Source: Dicyema japonicum (taxonomy: Eukaryota > Animalia > Dicyemida). Taken from it: a stretch of 64,000 nucleotides of DNA. Made by a program: the position numbers and the translations under genes. The stretch's first letter is position 1. Each line of letters opens with the position of its first letter. This document shows positions 63,446 through 64,000 of the stretch, piece after piece. The notes under the pieces are model-generated. The model was not told the DNA's origin. It worked only from the letters and a program-made list of their open reading frames with translations, and did not search any database. The DNA lies in NCBI GenBank assembly GCA_011109175.1, contig RDEW01000050.1, forward strand, positions 26,694 to 90,693, given 5' to 3'.

Positions 63446-64000
63446 TATATCAAAACTTAATCTATTTTTAATGAATTTTTATAATTTAACTCATACACGT
63501 TTTATTTAACAATAAAATATTATTTATTAACAATAACGGGGAAGAGTGGATGCTGACATTACGGAGTAAGCGTTTCCGGGACAACTGCAATCCTAATAAA
63601 AAATGAAAATTCCAGGAAAATGGCATTTTATGGCAAAAATTACCCTAATCATAATTTCAACATTGAACGTGTGATAAACAATTCATAATGACAAAAGTGT
63701 TAAACTAAAAATATCTTTCAATTAAGTATGGGTCCTATCAAAGTCGACGACTCATTTCCCTTCATGATTTGTAAGGATGTTCGCTCAATAAGCTTTCTCA
63801 TTTATCCTTTTTTCTCTTCCATAATAAGCGAACAAACGTAGATTATCCACTAAAATGAGTTACAACTTTTATATTAAAAATTGAATTTATGAAAAACATG
63901 GCTTTTGAATTTAGGTTTTGTTATTATAATGGTTTTTTGTCATTTTAGTGGTTTTTTCAAAACAATGAAAGCAAAAAATATGAAGCATTGCACTATCGAT

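Overview
AT-rich eukaryotic genomic DNA, almost certainly animal, using the standard genetic code. Compact host genes sit among decayed transposons. Host genes reconstructed by hand: two ZER1/ZYG11-like paralogs, RNASEH2B, Raptor (RPTOR), ZPR1, a protostome-type calbindin-32, a KIAA2012-like gene and CFAP58 with an upstream RFX X-box. These genes are split by many ultra-short spliceosomal introns, mostly 21-24 nt (range about 18-31). That intron size plus cilia genes and calbindin-32 suggests a highly reduced spiralian parasite such as a dicyemid; this is inference only. The main discovery is four 22-23 nt introns, in four different genes, that are needed to keep the reading frame but end in TG or GG instead of AG (6279-6300, 40866-40888, 49994-50015, 60419-60440). 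Together with degenerate donors and skipped internal AGs, this points to length-defined splicing with a relaxed NG acceptor. Mobile DNA includes several APE-type LINE families, CRE-clade and R4-like RLE retrotransposons, an intron-containing Ginger-like integrase, hAT, MULE, Merlin and a tRNA-headed SINE-like RNA. Caveat: single-n junctions, tandem overlaps and 1-nt indels show the assembly is imperfect. Coordinates of decayed elements are approximate.
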